Assembly (NCBI GenBank): GCA_964016885.1
Contig: OZ024762.1
Location: 15,252,001 to 15,316,000, forward strand
DNA: 64,000 bases
Direction: 5' to 3'
Source of the DNA: Eledone cirrhosa
Taxonomy: Eukaryota
Position 1 is the first letter of the stretch. The number at the start of each line of letters is the position of its first letter. A model generated the notes under the pieces. It was not told where the DNA came from. It saw only the letters and a list, made by a program, of their open reading frames with translations, and did not search any database. A program made the position numbers and the translations under genes. This document shows, one piece after another, positions 51,837-63,799 of this stretch.

Positions 51837-52105
51837 AATAAAGTGGAGCACGCACACACGCATATATATATATATAAAGTGCCGCACGCACATACACACA
51901 TATATATGTATATATATATATATATATATAAAGTGTACATATATGTAGATGTATATATACATATATATATATATACATACATAAAGTGGCGCACGCACAT
52001 GTATATATATATATATGTATATATAAATGAAAATATGTATATGTACATATATATATATATATATATATGTGTGTGTATATATACATATATATATATATGT
52101 GTGTG
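51640..52105. repeat. Compound microsatellite with recurring taaagtggcgcac spacer
   Basis: Five to six aaagtg(g/c)cgcac-like units separated by (CA)n(TA)n. Confidence 0.85.
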
Positions 52106-52397
52106 TGGTCTCTTAACTCCTGATAGAATCGTAGGGGCACCGTAGTGACATAGGACGTTTCTTGGGCATTTTAAGACTGGAAGAGGCTATGTAGCCGGTA
52201 AGAGTGTCAGGCATGAGTTGCGGCCTTTTACGGTCTGAGTTAAAGCATCTTGAAATTTTTTTCCACCATCAATTGTTAAAAAAACAACTTAAAATCATTT
52301 AGTCGTCCATCCGTAACGTATGTTACACTTGTTGCACATACACACACATCTACACGTAAATACATAGACAACAGAAGTGCAAGCCCATACATATATA

Positions 52398-53013
52398 CAA
52401 TCTACTCACATATTCATAGACACATTATACAAAATAATTATTACATACACACACATCTATGAATGATTGAGGAAGGAAGGGGCTGGTGAAATACCATAGC
52501 GATATGTGTGTTGCGTCCCTTTAGAGTTTACCGGCTACATAGCCTATTCGAATAAAGATCTGTTTACCAAACACGCATTTTCGTGATGTCTTTTCTCGAT
52601 CCCTGCTATTTCAAGCGTTAAACTAATATATTTCTTCAATATACTCTACCGATTGTGTTGTCATTTCTGTTTACATACATATATTATAATTATTTCTACT
52701 TTTGGCACAAGGCCAGCAATTAACCCAGTGCATTACTGGTACTTTATTTTATCGACCCCGTAAGGATGAAAGGCAAAGTTAACCTCGGCGGGATTTGAAC
52801 TCAGGTCATAAAGGGAGGTAACTCTATGCTTCAAAGCATGGCGCCCGACCCTCAATCTACTCACATATTCATAGACACATTATACAAAATAATTATTACA
52901 TACACACACATCTATGAATGATTGAGGCAGGAAGGGGCTGGTGAATTACTATAGCGATATGTGTGTTGCGTCCCTTTAGAGTTTACCGGCTACATAGCCT
53001 ATTCGAATAAAGA
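52398..53013. repeat. ~160-bp direct repeat (52398-52559 and 52853-53013) bracketing a SINE
   Basis: caatctactcacatattcatag..cctattcgaataaagat is present twice. Confidence 0.9.
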
Positions 53014-53244
53014 TACATATATTATAATAAAGTAAAACATGATTCCATGAAGAAATGGCTGCTATTTCTAGCTCTTCTAACGACGACGTCCACAGTTATT
53101 GTCAATAAGGGATATAACTCTTCTTACACTACTTTATACGGTTTTCCCGTTATTATATTTCTTTATAATACTTTACACGGTTTTCCTGTTATTTATAGTG
53201 ATCGGCTATTATTATGGTCTTTTGCATTGGGACGCACACATTTA

Positions 53245-53290
<46 letters not shown>

Positions 53291-53391
53291 CCAAGCTATG
53301 TCAACATGAATGGACTTGTTATTTTTATCTAAAGACATTTTTTCCAATTCCACGCCGCCCGTCCCTTCAATCTATTTTATTTCTCATTCTT

Positions 53392-53427
53392 TCTTCTGAT
53401 GAAGGACTAGCGTCCGAAACGTTCAGA
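53392..53427 (+). ncRNA. Candidate minimal hammerhead motif in a Penelope pLTR-like repeat
   Basis: CTGATGA-a-GGAC tagc GTCC-GAAACGTTC with palindromic stem III; stem I is weak. Confidence 0.5.
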
Positions 53428-54057
53428 CCCTCTTCCTGCTATTTCAAGCGTTAACCTAATATATTCCTTCCATATACTGTACCGATTGTGTTGTTATTTC
53501 TGTTTACCTTTTACATACATACATATATATATATCATCATCATTTTACGTCCGCTTTTCCCTGCTTGCAAGGGTGGGAAGGGAACTGATTCTGGCTTGAT
53601 TTCTACAGCTGGATGCCCTTCCTAACACCAACCTCATTTACAATGAGTGCTGGGTGCTTTTTTTTCCGTGGCGCCTACACATCCACTTTACACTGTGGGC
53701 TGGGTGCTTTTTTGCCGTGGCACCTCCACGACCACTTTGCAGTGGAATGATATGGACCCCAGTCCATATCATGTGGAATAAAGTGTCTTGCTCAAGGAAA
53801 CAACACAAGGAAACAACACATAGGAAACAACACATAGGAAACAACACAAGGAAGCAAAATATATATATATATATATAATTTTAAAATGGATGTGTTAAAT
53901 TTTCATTACATTTATTGAGGTGAGACTCGCGATTGATCAGCTCAAGGTTCGATCTGTATCGATCGGACCCGATTCTGGAATCAATGGCTCATCAGACTCC
54001 TGTTATAGTAATGAGAGAATAATTCCCTTACAGCTTTGAGAGTATATATATATAAAT

Positions 54058-54657
54058 CATCATCATCATCATCATTTTACATCCGCTTTTCCCTGCTTGC
54101 AAGAGTGGGACGTGTCCTATTCAGCACAGCATCTCTCCGCTCGTCACGGCCTTTCGTCATCTCCTCCGTGAGCTTCAGCGATCTGAGGTCTGCTCTCACC
54201 ACCTCGGCCCATGTTTTTCGTGGTCTTCCTCTACTGCGCCTTCCTTCAACTGGCATTTCCTGGCACTTCTTTACCCACTGGTCATCCTCCATGTGCATCA
54301 CATGTCCATACCATCACAGTCTTCTCTCCCACACACCACAACTTATCCCTCTTATACCCAGTTTCTCTCTCACCACCTCGGCCCATGTTTTTCGTGGTCT
54401 TCCTCTACTGCGCCTTCCTTCAACTGGCATTTCCTGGCACTTCTTTACCCACCGGTCATCCTCCATGTGCATCACATGTCCCTACCATGGCAGTCTCCTC
54501 TCTCGCACACTACAATTTATCCCTCTCAAACACAGTTTCTCTCTCAAGACATCCATACTCGCACATTGTCATTGCACATCCAACGGAGCATTGTTGCCTC
54601 ATTTCTCTCCAGCTGTAGCATATCCTCTGCAGTTGCTGACCATGTCTCACTACCATG
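54058..54657 (-). mobile_element. RTE LINE 3' fragment (subfamily like the array copy) with an internal ~170-bp tandem duplication
   Basis: WVKKCQEMPVEGRRSRGRPRKTWAEVV occurs twice; (gat)n tail. Confidence 0.88.
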
Positions 54658-54789
54658 TGTATATATATAGTGTTATGACTTGTCGAAGAGAATCAGTACA
54701 GCTCCATCCATCACTTACTCAATGTTATAAGGTTTCTACATTAGAAATACAAACATATTCTGATCAAATTCTGCAAGGGGTAAGTTATT

Positions 54790-55093
54790 GAGGGACTGGA
54801 TTAATGCCCTGCCTATGGCCAACATTGGTGGTCTTCTCAGTCAGGACGTGCTCTGCATCTCCATTGCATTTTGAGTGGCAGCCGGTGTCTGTGAGGATCT
54901 GAGATGTCGCTGTGGTAGGTCCCTCGACTTCACAGGCCTACATGGTTTGTCCCGTCACCTGAATGTTGGTCGTTTCGCTGAGCTAAACCAGATCATTAAA
55001 CTGGCTCTAGCTCAGGTAAATATCCCCTCAGTTCTGGAGCCGGCTGGATTATCCAGATGTGATGGGAAGAGGCCAGATGGCCTTACCCTCTTT
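54790..55093 (+). mobile_element. CRE-like retrotransposon zinc-knuckle/RLE remnant
   Basis: DWINALP...G..L...CRCG..LD..GLHGLS....GR..ELNQIIK.AL...IPSVLEPAGLSRCDGKRPDGLTL. Confidence 0.85.
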
Positions 55094-55279
55094 GACATCT
55101 CATCAGATATGTGAGCTTATAAGTGCAAAGACACATCTAAGCTCGCATATCTGACGAGATGTCAAAAAAGAGTTGGGCCCTGTCACCTTGATTCTACTCT
55201 GAGCTGATCAATATTGAAACAATTGTAATATACAAATAAGTTTGTAAATATGCTGCAACACTGACTTCGACTCTTTTAA

Positions 55280-55486
55280 CCCTTTAATGTTCAAACTGGG
55301 CAAAACCAGCCAGAATTCTCTGCCTTTTTCTGTTGAAACTGGCTGTAACTGGTCGCTCAAACTGATGTTAAGGTATTGTTCTCAAAATAAATACTTTCAA
55401 AATCTCATAGATTCGCTATTATGTGAGTTAAAGCCTTTACCATGAAAATATAATAGTATATATAGAGTAATGTGAATGCTAAAGAG
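55280..55486. mobile_element. TTAA-flanked (piggyBac-type) MITE, short copy
   Basis: ttaa-ccctttaatg ... tgctaaagag-ttaa; body homologous to 56146-56827. Confidence 0.65.
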
Positions 55487-56145
55487 TTAAATCTATTTAC
55501 ACCCTGTTCACTACAGCTGTAACACTGGAATACAACCCAAACGAAACAAACCTTGTAACAGCATTGAGTGCTTCAAACAGCTTGCTGCCTATAACTGTAG
55601 TTACACACCTTACTAACATACATTATTAGGTTAACTTTGCCTTTCATCCTTATGTGGTCGATAAAATAAAGTACCGGTAATACACTGGGTTATTGCTGGC
55701 CTTGTGCCAAAAGTAGAAACAATTATATATATAAGAGGTGGTGTATTGGCAGTATCGGTAGAGGGTCGGACGCCATGCTTTCTAGCATAGTTACGGCCCT
55801 TTACAGTCTGAGTTCAAATCCCGCCGAGGTTAACTTTGCCTTTCATCATTACGGGATCGATAAAATAAAGTACCAGTAATGTACTGGGTAATTGCTGGCC
55901 TTGTGCCAAAAGTAGAAACAATTATTAATATATATATATACACACAAGTAAAATTTGTCACAAATATACGCATGGAAGAACGGACGTAAAACGGTGATGA
56001 TGATGATGATGATACATAACATCTCAATGAAAAGACACTTTATTCAGAGAAGCAAACATATATATAGAACATCTTTTACATATTACTAACAGGTTGATAA
56101 AATATTGTTCTTCCCTGGGGATATACAAAATCTCATGCAACTTAA

Positions 56146-56827
56146 CCCTTTAGCATATAAACCAGCCATAACCGGCCAGAATTCTCTCACCTCTTTCTGT
56201 CCAAACCAGCCATATCTGGCCAGAATTCTCTCACCTCTGTCTGTTTAAACCAGCCATAACCGGCTGCTCATACTTATTATTAAGGTATTGTTCTCAAAAT
56301 AAATAATTGTTTCTACTTTAGGCACAAGGCCAGCAATTACCCAGTGCATTACTGGTACTTTATTTTATCGACCCCGTAAGGATGAAAGGCAAAGTCAACC
56401 TCGGCGGGATTTGAACTCAGACTGTAAAGGGCCGTAACTCAAAATAAATAATATTAAACTCTCATAGATTCGATATTATGTGAGGTAAAGTGTTTACTGT
56501 GAAAATACAACAGTATATATAGAGTAATGTAAATGTTATGTGAGATATTATGTGAGGTAAAGCCTTTACTGTGAAAATACAATAGTATATATAGAGTAAT
56601 GTAAATGTTATGAGATATTATGTGAGGTAAAGCCTTTACTGTGAAAATACAATAGTATATATAGAGTAATGTAAATGTTATGAGATATTATGTGAGGTAA
56701 AGCCTTTACTGTGAAAATACAATAGTATATATAGAGTAATGTAAATGTTATGTGAAATATTATTTGAGGTAAAGCCTTTACTGCGAAAATACAATAGTAT
56801 ATATAGAGTAATGTAAATGTTAAAGGG
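56146..56827. mobile_element. TTAA-flanked (piggyBac-type) MITE with a nested SINE and five ~70-bp internal tandem repeats
   Basis: ttaa-ccctttagcat ... atgttaaaggg-ttaa. The SINE at 56308-56437 has TSD ctcaaaataaataat; 70-bp repeats span 56473-56822. Confidence 0.78.
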
Positions 56828-58306
56828 TTAAATATAAATCTGAACAAAATCCCTTTGACTCCTTATATATAAGTCGCTTGAGATTTTGTATATCGTCAGG
56901 CAATAATATTTTGTCGTCCTGTTAGTAATATGTATAAGACGTTCTGTGCATGTATAGTACATAGAAAAATATGCAGATGTCAGGAAAGTGAACAGTGTAT
57001 CAGTCATGATATACATGTGTGCATGTGTATGAAGGGGGGGGGGGATATCAGGTGTAGTGTTGGTGAATTTCAGGAAGGATGGAGGTTTTAAAGGATACAG
57101 TGTCTCAGCAGCTAACAACTGATGCAGGTAGTTTGTTCCATGCTTCAGTAAATCTGAGCATGAAAAAATGTTTCCAAAAGTCATGGGAGCTATATACATA
57201 TATATATATAGTTATGTAATAAACAACATAAGATAATTATTTCATTTACCACTGGTTTCTTGAAGACAGATATTTATGTCTGTCTTCATTCATCAGAAAG
57301 AATAATATGAAATATTTATTTAATATGGATTTGAAAACAGAATTTAGGATAAATAAAAGTGAGGCTGAAATAAAATAACAGGCAAAAAATTGAAAGGAAA
57401 AAAATATATCTCTTTTCCTTTACCTTTTCTACGGAAATACTTCATTTATATATACTTCATTATTCGAAACATATTTGGATTTTAGGGTTTAAACCTGTCC
57501 ACGGAACAGGTTTGATTTTGAAATTTAAATTTGTCCAAGCACTACGGCCATTGCCAGTACAATTTGTTTTTGTTGATTTATGATGTATTATCTTAAGTCA
57601 TGATAGGCAAACTGTAATATTATTATTAGTATATTTCTATCTAGCTAACTTGGTCATTTACAATACAAACATAAATATGAGGATATTTGTGTTTATCAAA
57701 TATATTGATTTGTGTTAACCTATATATATATATATATTTATTAAAATAACAGATTAAAGTTTAAGCAAAGAATCGCTGCTTTCACCCTTAACGGGATCTT
57801 CTGAAACTAACAAAGTCAATCTGTAAACGCAGAAGTGGATATTTCAAAAAACGTTGCAACCGGAGGAAGACAATAATTTGGTTCATTATTACTATATATA
57901 TATATATATATTAGAAAGTGAGTTTTTTTTACAAAATGTAAAAAAAAACGAGGTGTCCTACACGAGTGAAAGTATACGGAAAAAAGATGATATCAAAAAA
58001 TCCAACTGGAGTCTTTTTTTTATAAAATATATTATTATATCAAAATATATTATATCAAAATATATTATTATATCAAAATATATTATTATATCAAAATATA
58101 TTATATATCACAGATGTGAGAAAAACCACAGACCCTCCATCTCAATTCTATTTTTGAAAAGCAGAAGAACTGCGAAACTGGTAAAGGAACCGAATAAATA
58201 TATATTCTTTTTAAAAAAGACTCCAGTTGCATTTTCGATTTCATCTTTTTTTCTTATATATACGTACATGACAAGTTCTCTCTCTCTATATATATACATG
58301 ACATGT

Positions 58307-58344
<38 letters not shown>

Positions 58345-58430
58345 CATACATAACATGTTCTCTCTCTCTCTATATATATATATACATACATACATGACAT
58401 GTTCTCTCTCTATATATATATACATGACAT

Positions 58431-58508
<78 letters not shown>

Positions 58509-58516
58509 CATACATA

Positions 58517-59569
58517 GGTAGGAACTCCATTCTCTGCCCCAAATGCAAACAATGGGTACACAAGAGATGTAGCGGGATCTCAGGAAGCTTAATTAAGAAT
58601 GTAGGCTTCACATGCAGCAGCTGTGCTGAGACAGCAAGCAGCCACAGGAAACAAGTACCACCAATCTCTGGGAGGGCTCTGTAGAAACAGTAGACAGCTT
58701 CTGCTACCTAGGTGACCGAATTAGCAGCGGAGGTGGGTGTTCAGAAAGTACAATAACTAGGGTAAGAACGGGATGGAAGAAGTTTAGGGAACTACTACCA
58801 CTGCTAGCTGCAAAAGGCTTCTCCCTTAGAATGAAAGGCAGACTGTATGATGCGTGTATCCGAACAGCAATGTTGCATGGTAGTGAGACCTGGGCGCTGA
58901 AGGTGGAAGACTTACGTAGATTAGAGAGAAACGAAGCCTGCATGCTCCGATGGATGTGTAACAGTAATATACGTGAATGACAAAGCATAAATGAATTGAG
59001 AGAGAGACTGAGCATAAGAGGAATCAAATGCTGTGTGCAGGAGAGGTGGTTGCGCTGGTATGGACATGTGATGCCTATGAAGGATGACAGCTGCATAAAA
59101 AGGTGCAGAGCACTAGAAGTTGATGGAAACCGCGGAGTGGTGAGACCCAAGATGACCTGGGATGAGGTGATAAAAGTTGACCTTACCCAATTACACCTCT
59201 CAAAGGCAATGACACACAACCGTGACTTCTGGCGTCACGCAGTAATACAGAGTACCCGACCTCCCATGGGTACAAGCTAAAGCATATAGACAATATGCCC
59301 CCACACCCCCCACCGCAAGGTGGTCGTGGAGGTGCCACGGCAAAAAAGCACCCAGCCCACACTGTAAAGTGGACGTGTAGGCGCCACGAAAAAGCACCCA
59401 GCACTCACTGTAAATGAGGTTGGTGTTAGGAAGGGCATCCAGCTGTAGAAATCAAGCCAGATCAGTTCCTGTATGAGCAAGGCATGGTCAGCCGACCAGA
59501 CACTGCACACAACAGGACAACCCGTCTAACCCATGCTAGCGTGGAAGAACGGACGTAAAATGGTGATGA

Positions 59570-59572
<3 letters not shown>
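58517..59572 (+). mobile_element. 5'-truncated RTE LINE copy
   Basis: Same family as 44987-47362; contains a stop and a frameshift; (gat)n tail. Confidence 0.93.
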
Positions 59573-59601
<29 letters not shown>

Positions 59602-59605
<4 letters not shown>

Positions 59606-59924
59606 TCATCATCATCATTTTACGTCCGCTTTTCCCTGCTGCAAGGGTGGGACAGGAACTGATTCTGGCTTGATTTCTACAGCTGGATGCCCTTCCTAAC
59701 ACCAACCTCATTTACAGTGAGTGCTGGGTGCTTTTTTGCCGTAGCACCTCCACGACCACTTTGCAGTGGAATGATAGGGACCCCAGTCTCTATCATCTCA
59801 TTTCTACAGCTGAGTAAACTGGAGCAATGTGAAATAAAGTGTCTTTCTCAAGGAAACAACATATCACCCGGTCTGAGAATTGAACTCACAACCTTTCGAT
59901 TGTAAGGCCAATGCTCTAACCACT
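59602..59924 (-). mobile_element. tRNA-headed SINE with RTE-derived 3' tail (other copies at ~60236-60512 and ~53533-53800)
   Basis: The minus strand starts gtggttagagcattggcc..gtgagttcaattc, has body ccttgag.aagacactttatttcac, and shares its 3' end with the RTE 3'UTR (ttaggaagggcatccagctgtag..ggacgtaaaatgatgatg). Confidence 0.8.
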
Positions 59925-60059
59925 ATATATATATATATATATGTAAAGTATATTTGGCAATATACCGAATGTTTAATTAAAAACATTTTGAAGACCATAC
60001 GCTATCGGTTTTAAAGTAGTGACTGTCACTCACTTCTTTTCGGTGAAAGAAGGGAGAGA

Positions 60060-60101
60060 AGCTGACAGTCTGTTTCACGCTCTTTGGCGTTCATCAGAGC
60101 C
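60060..60101 (-). ncRNA. Minimal type I hammerhead ribozyme
   Basis: Minus strand reads GGCT-CTGATGA-ACGC caaaga GCGT-GAA-ACAG a CTGT-C-AGCT: complete core, all three stems pair, GUC cleavage triplet. Confidence 0.8.
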
Positions 60102-60170
60102 ACGTACTCCCTGCTTCCGCCGAAAATTATAGAAGCTGGATTCTTATAGAATTCTAGTAATGATCAGGAG

Positions 60171-60237
<67 letters not shown>

Positions 60238-60628
60238 TTTCATCATCATCATTTCATTTTACGTCCGCTTTTCCCTGCTTGCAAGGGTGGGACAGGAACT
60301 GATTCTGGCTTGATTTCTACAGCTGGATGCCCTTCCTAACACCAACCTCATTTACAGTGAGTGCTGGGTGCTTTTTTGCCGTGGCACCTCCACGTCCACT
60401 TTGCAGTGGAATGATAGGGAACCCAGTCCCTATCATCTCATTTCTACAGCTGAGTAAACTGGAGCAATGTGAAATAAAGTGTCTTGCTCAAGGAAACAAC
60501 ACATCACCCGATCTGTATATATATATAGGAAAAGAGACAGGACCCCGATGGCTGAGCTCTGGCCATTTCGATAGGACTGCACAAGACAAAACATATATAT
60601 GTATATATATATATCTTGATGATGATAA

Positions 60629-60687
<59 letters not shown>

Positions 60688-60780
60688 ACCAAAGATTAGT
60701 ATGGTTCGTTGAATACTCAATGAATACAATTTTACAATAGATTAGAAGCACTCAACAAAGAAATTTTCCTGGAGTTTTTA

Positions 60781-61140
60781 ATATTATTCAAAATATTAAC
60801 AAATGAAAAATATTCTCATAATCAAAATATATGCTTTATTATATATATTTCAGAGGTACTGTGTTGTTTTTTTAGTACGTCCTCATCAAACAAAATATAT
60901 GATTTGGTATATGACATACCGCTACGGTCTTGATTATTCAATTCCCATATTGGCAGTACTGGAATTGAATAATTGCCAATACTGGAATTGAACAATCAAG
61001 ACCGTAGCGGTATGTCATATATCAAATCATATATTTTGTCTGATGAGGTCGTACTGAAAAAACAACACAGTGCCTTTGAAATATATATAATAAAGTCTAT
61101 ATTTTGATTATGAGAATATTTTTCATTTGTTAATATTTTG

Positions 61141-61148
<8 letters not shown>
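60781..61148. repeat. ~370-bp fold-back palindrome containing a hammerhead-like motif in each arm
   Basis: atattattcaaaatattaac.. mirrors ..gttaatattttgaataatat; arms are ~175 bp with a short loop near 60955-60975. Confidence 0.93.
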
Positions 61149-61176
<28 letters not shown>

Positions 61177-61914
61177 ATAATAATAAATTTTAAGTCTAAA
61201 ATCCAAAGAGGGCTCGTTAAGGGTGAAAGCAGCGATTCTTTGCTTAAACTTTAATCTGTTATTTTAATAAATATATATTGCTCAAAATCAGTTCCTGTAT
61301 GAGCAAGGCATGGTCAGCCGACCAGACACTGCCCACAACAGGACAACCCGTCTAACCCATGCTAGCATGGAAGAACAGACGTAAAATGGTGATGATGATG
61401 ATATATATATATATCTTGATGATGATATATATATATATATATATATATATATCTTGATGATGATGATATATATATATATACATATATATGTTTTATCTGG
61501 TGCAGTCCTTAATGTTTTCTTCATGTAAACCCTGTGTGGCCAATGAAATTATCATCTTCTGTGTATGTGTCTGTAAATTGGAGAAGACAACTGGGAGAGG
61601 GCACTTGCCCTAGTGGTGAGAATAATGACAGCTTTTTGTGGGCTTTCTCCATATGTGACTCTTGGTAGTCTCCCCTTCCCCCATTGGGGAATTTACTTTA
61701 TTTGAATTTTTACACGTTTTCCTTGTTTTTGTGGTGTGTAAAATTCTTTACACACCACAACCCACACCGTACCATCTTGTGCAGTTCTTAAAGAAATCAT
61801 TTTTATTATTGTTTGTTTGTTGTAAATTTTATTTTACACAGAAAAACCCACACTGTACCATCCTGAGTGTTTTTTTAATTTGAGCTCTGTATGGTTAATA
61901 AAGAAAACATTATT

Positions 61915-62365
61915 GTGTCTGAAAGTGTTGAAGATGAGCACTTTCCTCTTCAGCGACTCTCTCATTAACTGTTTCAGGTTTCACCTGAAAAGGATAATCA
62001 GGGTGGAGAGGGAAGTACTGCCTTCTAGCCAGTTTGTTGAAAGGTGGGTGCAGGTGGCAAGAATGGCCCATGTGAATGGGCCTGCTCTGAGCATGTACCT
62101 GTAGTATTAAGGGAGGACAGCTGGGAGAAGGTTCTTGCCCTAGTGGTCAGGGTGATTGGGTTTTGGTGGGCTTTCTCCACGAGTAACCCTTGGAGTTTCC
62201 TCACCTTTGGAGTATTTATGTTGTTTGTTTTAATGTTTATTTTCTTCGTCTCTGTTATAAATTTTATTTTACAAAAAAAAACAAAGCCCCACTGTATCTT
62301 CCTGTACCGTCTTTAATGTTTCCTTAATGTGAGCTCTGTGTGGCTAATAAAGAAAGCATTATTAT
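61915..62365 (+). mobile_element. Probable L1/Tx1-clade LINE 3' end; related 3' tails at ~61500-61910 and 63317-63725
   Basis: LINCFRFHLKRIIRVER.....FVERW followed by a T-rich UTR ending gtggcyaataaagaaa(att)n. The clade assignment is inference. Confidence 0.5.
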
Positions 62366-63736
62366 CATTATAAGAGAGGGGGGTGGATTGGTAGAATTGG
62401 TAGAGCATCGGACAACAGGCTTTGCAGCATTTCTTCTGTCCCTTTACGTTCTGAGTTCAAATCCCACCGAGGTTAACTTTGCCTTACATCCTTACAGGGT
62501 CGATAAAATAAAGTACCAGTAATGTACTGGGGTTGATTTAATTGACTTTTCCTTCTCCTCAAAATTGTTGGCCTTGTGTCTAAATCAGAAATCATTATTA
62601 TTCGGTGAATGGCAGTATCGGTAGAGGGTTGGACGCCATGCTTTCTAGCACAGTTACGTCCCTTTCCAGTCTGAGTTCAAATCCCACCGAGGTTTACTTT
62701 GCCTTTCATCCTTACGGGGTCGATAAAATAAAGTACCAGTAATGTACTGGGTAATTGCTGGCCTTGTGCCTAAAGTAGAAACAATTATTATTATTTTGGC
62801 AGTAATCGGTAGAGTGTCAGACACCATGCTTTGCAGCACAGAGTTATGGTCCTTTACAGTCTGAGTTCAAATCCCGCCGAGGTTAACTTTGCTTTTCATC
62901 CTTACGGGGTTGATAAAATAAAATACGAGTAATACACTGGGGTCAATTTAATTGACTTTCCCCTTCCCCCAAATTACTGGCCTTGTGCCTATAGTAGAAA
63001 TCATTAAACAATTATTATTACCATATTTTATATATGTACCCCTCCCCACCGGCCCCACTGTCACTGTCTATTGTATAAAAGGAACGATCGACTTTCATCA
63101 AATCGGACCGAGGAAACAATGTTTCCGTTGGTCTTTCCAATTGCTAATACTATCTATCGGTCGCAACTCCAGGTAGAAGGAGCAACGTGAAATAAAGTGT
63201 CTTGCTCAAGGACATAACGCATCGCCCGGTCCAGGAATTGAACTCACAACCTTACGATTGCGAATCCAATTCTCTAATCACTCAACCACACGCCTTCACC
63301 TAACCACTCAGCCACACGTCTATTGTATTGTCCCCTATATACCGGCCCTTGTGGCCAATAAAGAAACCACAATAATAATTGGTGGTCAGGGTCATTGTGG
63401 CCTTTTACTGGGCTTTCTCCACAAATGTCCCTCCGAAGTCTCCCCCCTATTGGGGAATTTTTCATTGTTAATTTTTGTTACATCCTCTGTTTTTGTTTTT
63501 TACACGCAGAAATGCCCATTTGTACCGTCCTGTATTGTCCTGCACTGTCCTTAATGTCTACTTTATGTAAACCCTTGTGGTTAATAAAGAAATTATTATT
63601 ATTCCTGTTCTAGATATGGTTGTAAGGTCCGTTTCCCCCGGCCCCACTGTCTCTGTCTATTGTATTGTCCCCTATATACCGGCCCTTGTGGCCAATAAAG
63701 AAACAACAATAATAATTATTATTATTCCTGTTCTAG

Positions 63737-63799
63737 ATATGGTTGTAAGGTCCGTTTCCCACACAGTCTTGTGATGACGTTCCTCTTCAAGACTGGAAC
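63737..63799 (+). CDS. PXMP4: Peroxisomal membrane protein 4, exon 2
   Basis: gttctAG|(V)YGCKVRFPHSLVMTFLFKTG(T)|GTAAGT matches YGAKIRAPHALVMTFLF; 63 nt, phase 2-2, compatible with exon 1. Confidence 0.93.

Noticed and set aside
57074-57127. Possible extra 54-nt PXMP4 exon (AG..GT)
   Set aside because: Poor pyrimidine tract and an in-frame TGA; exons 1 and 2 already join to the conserved sequence.
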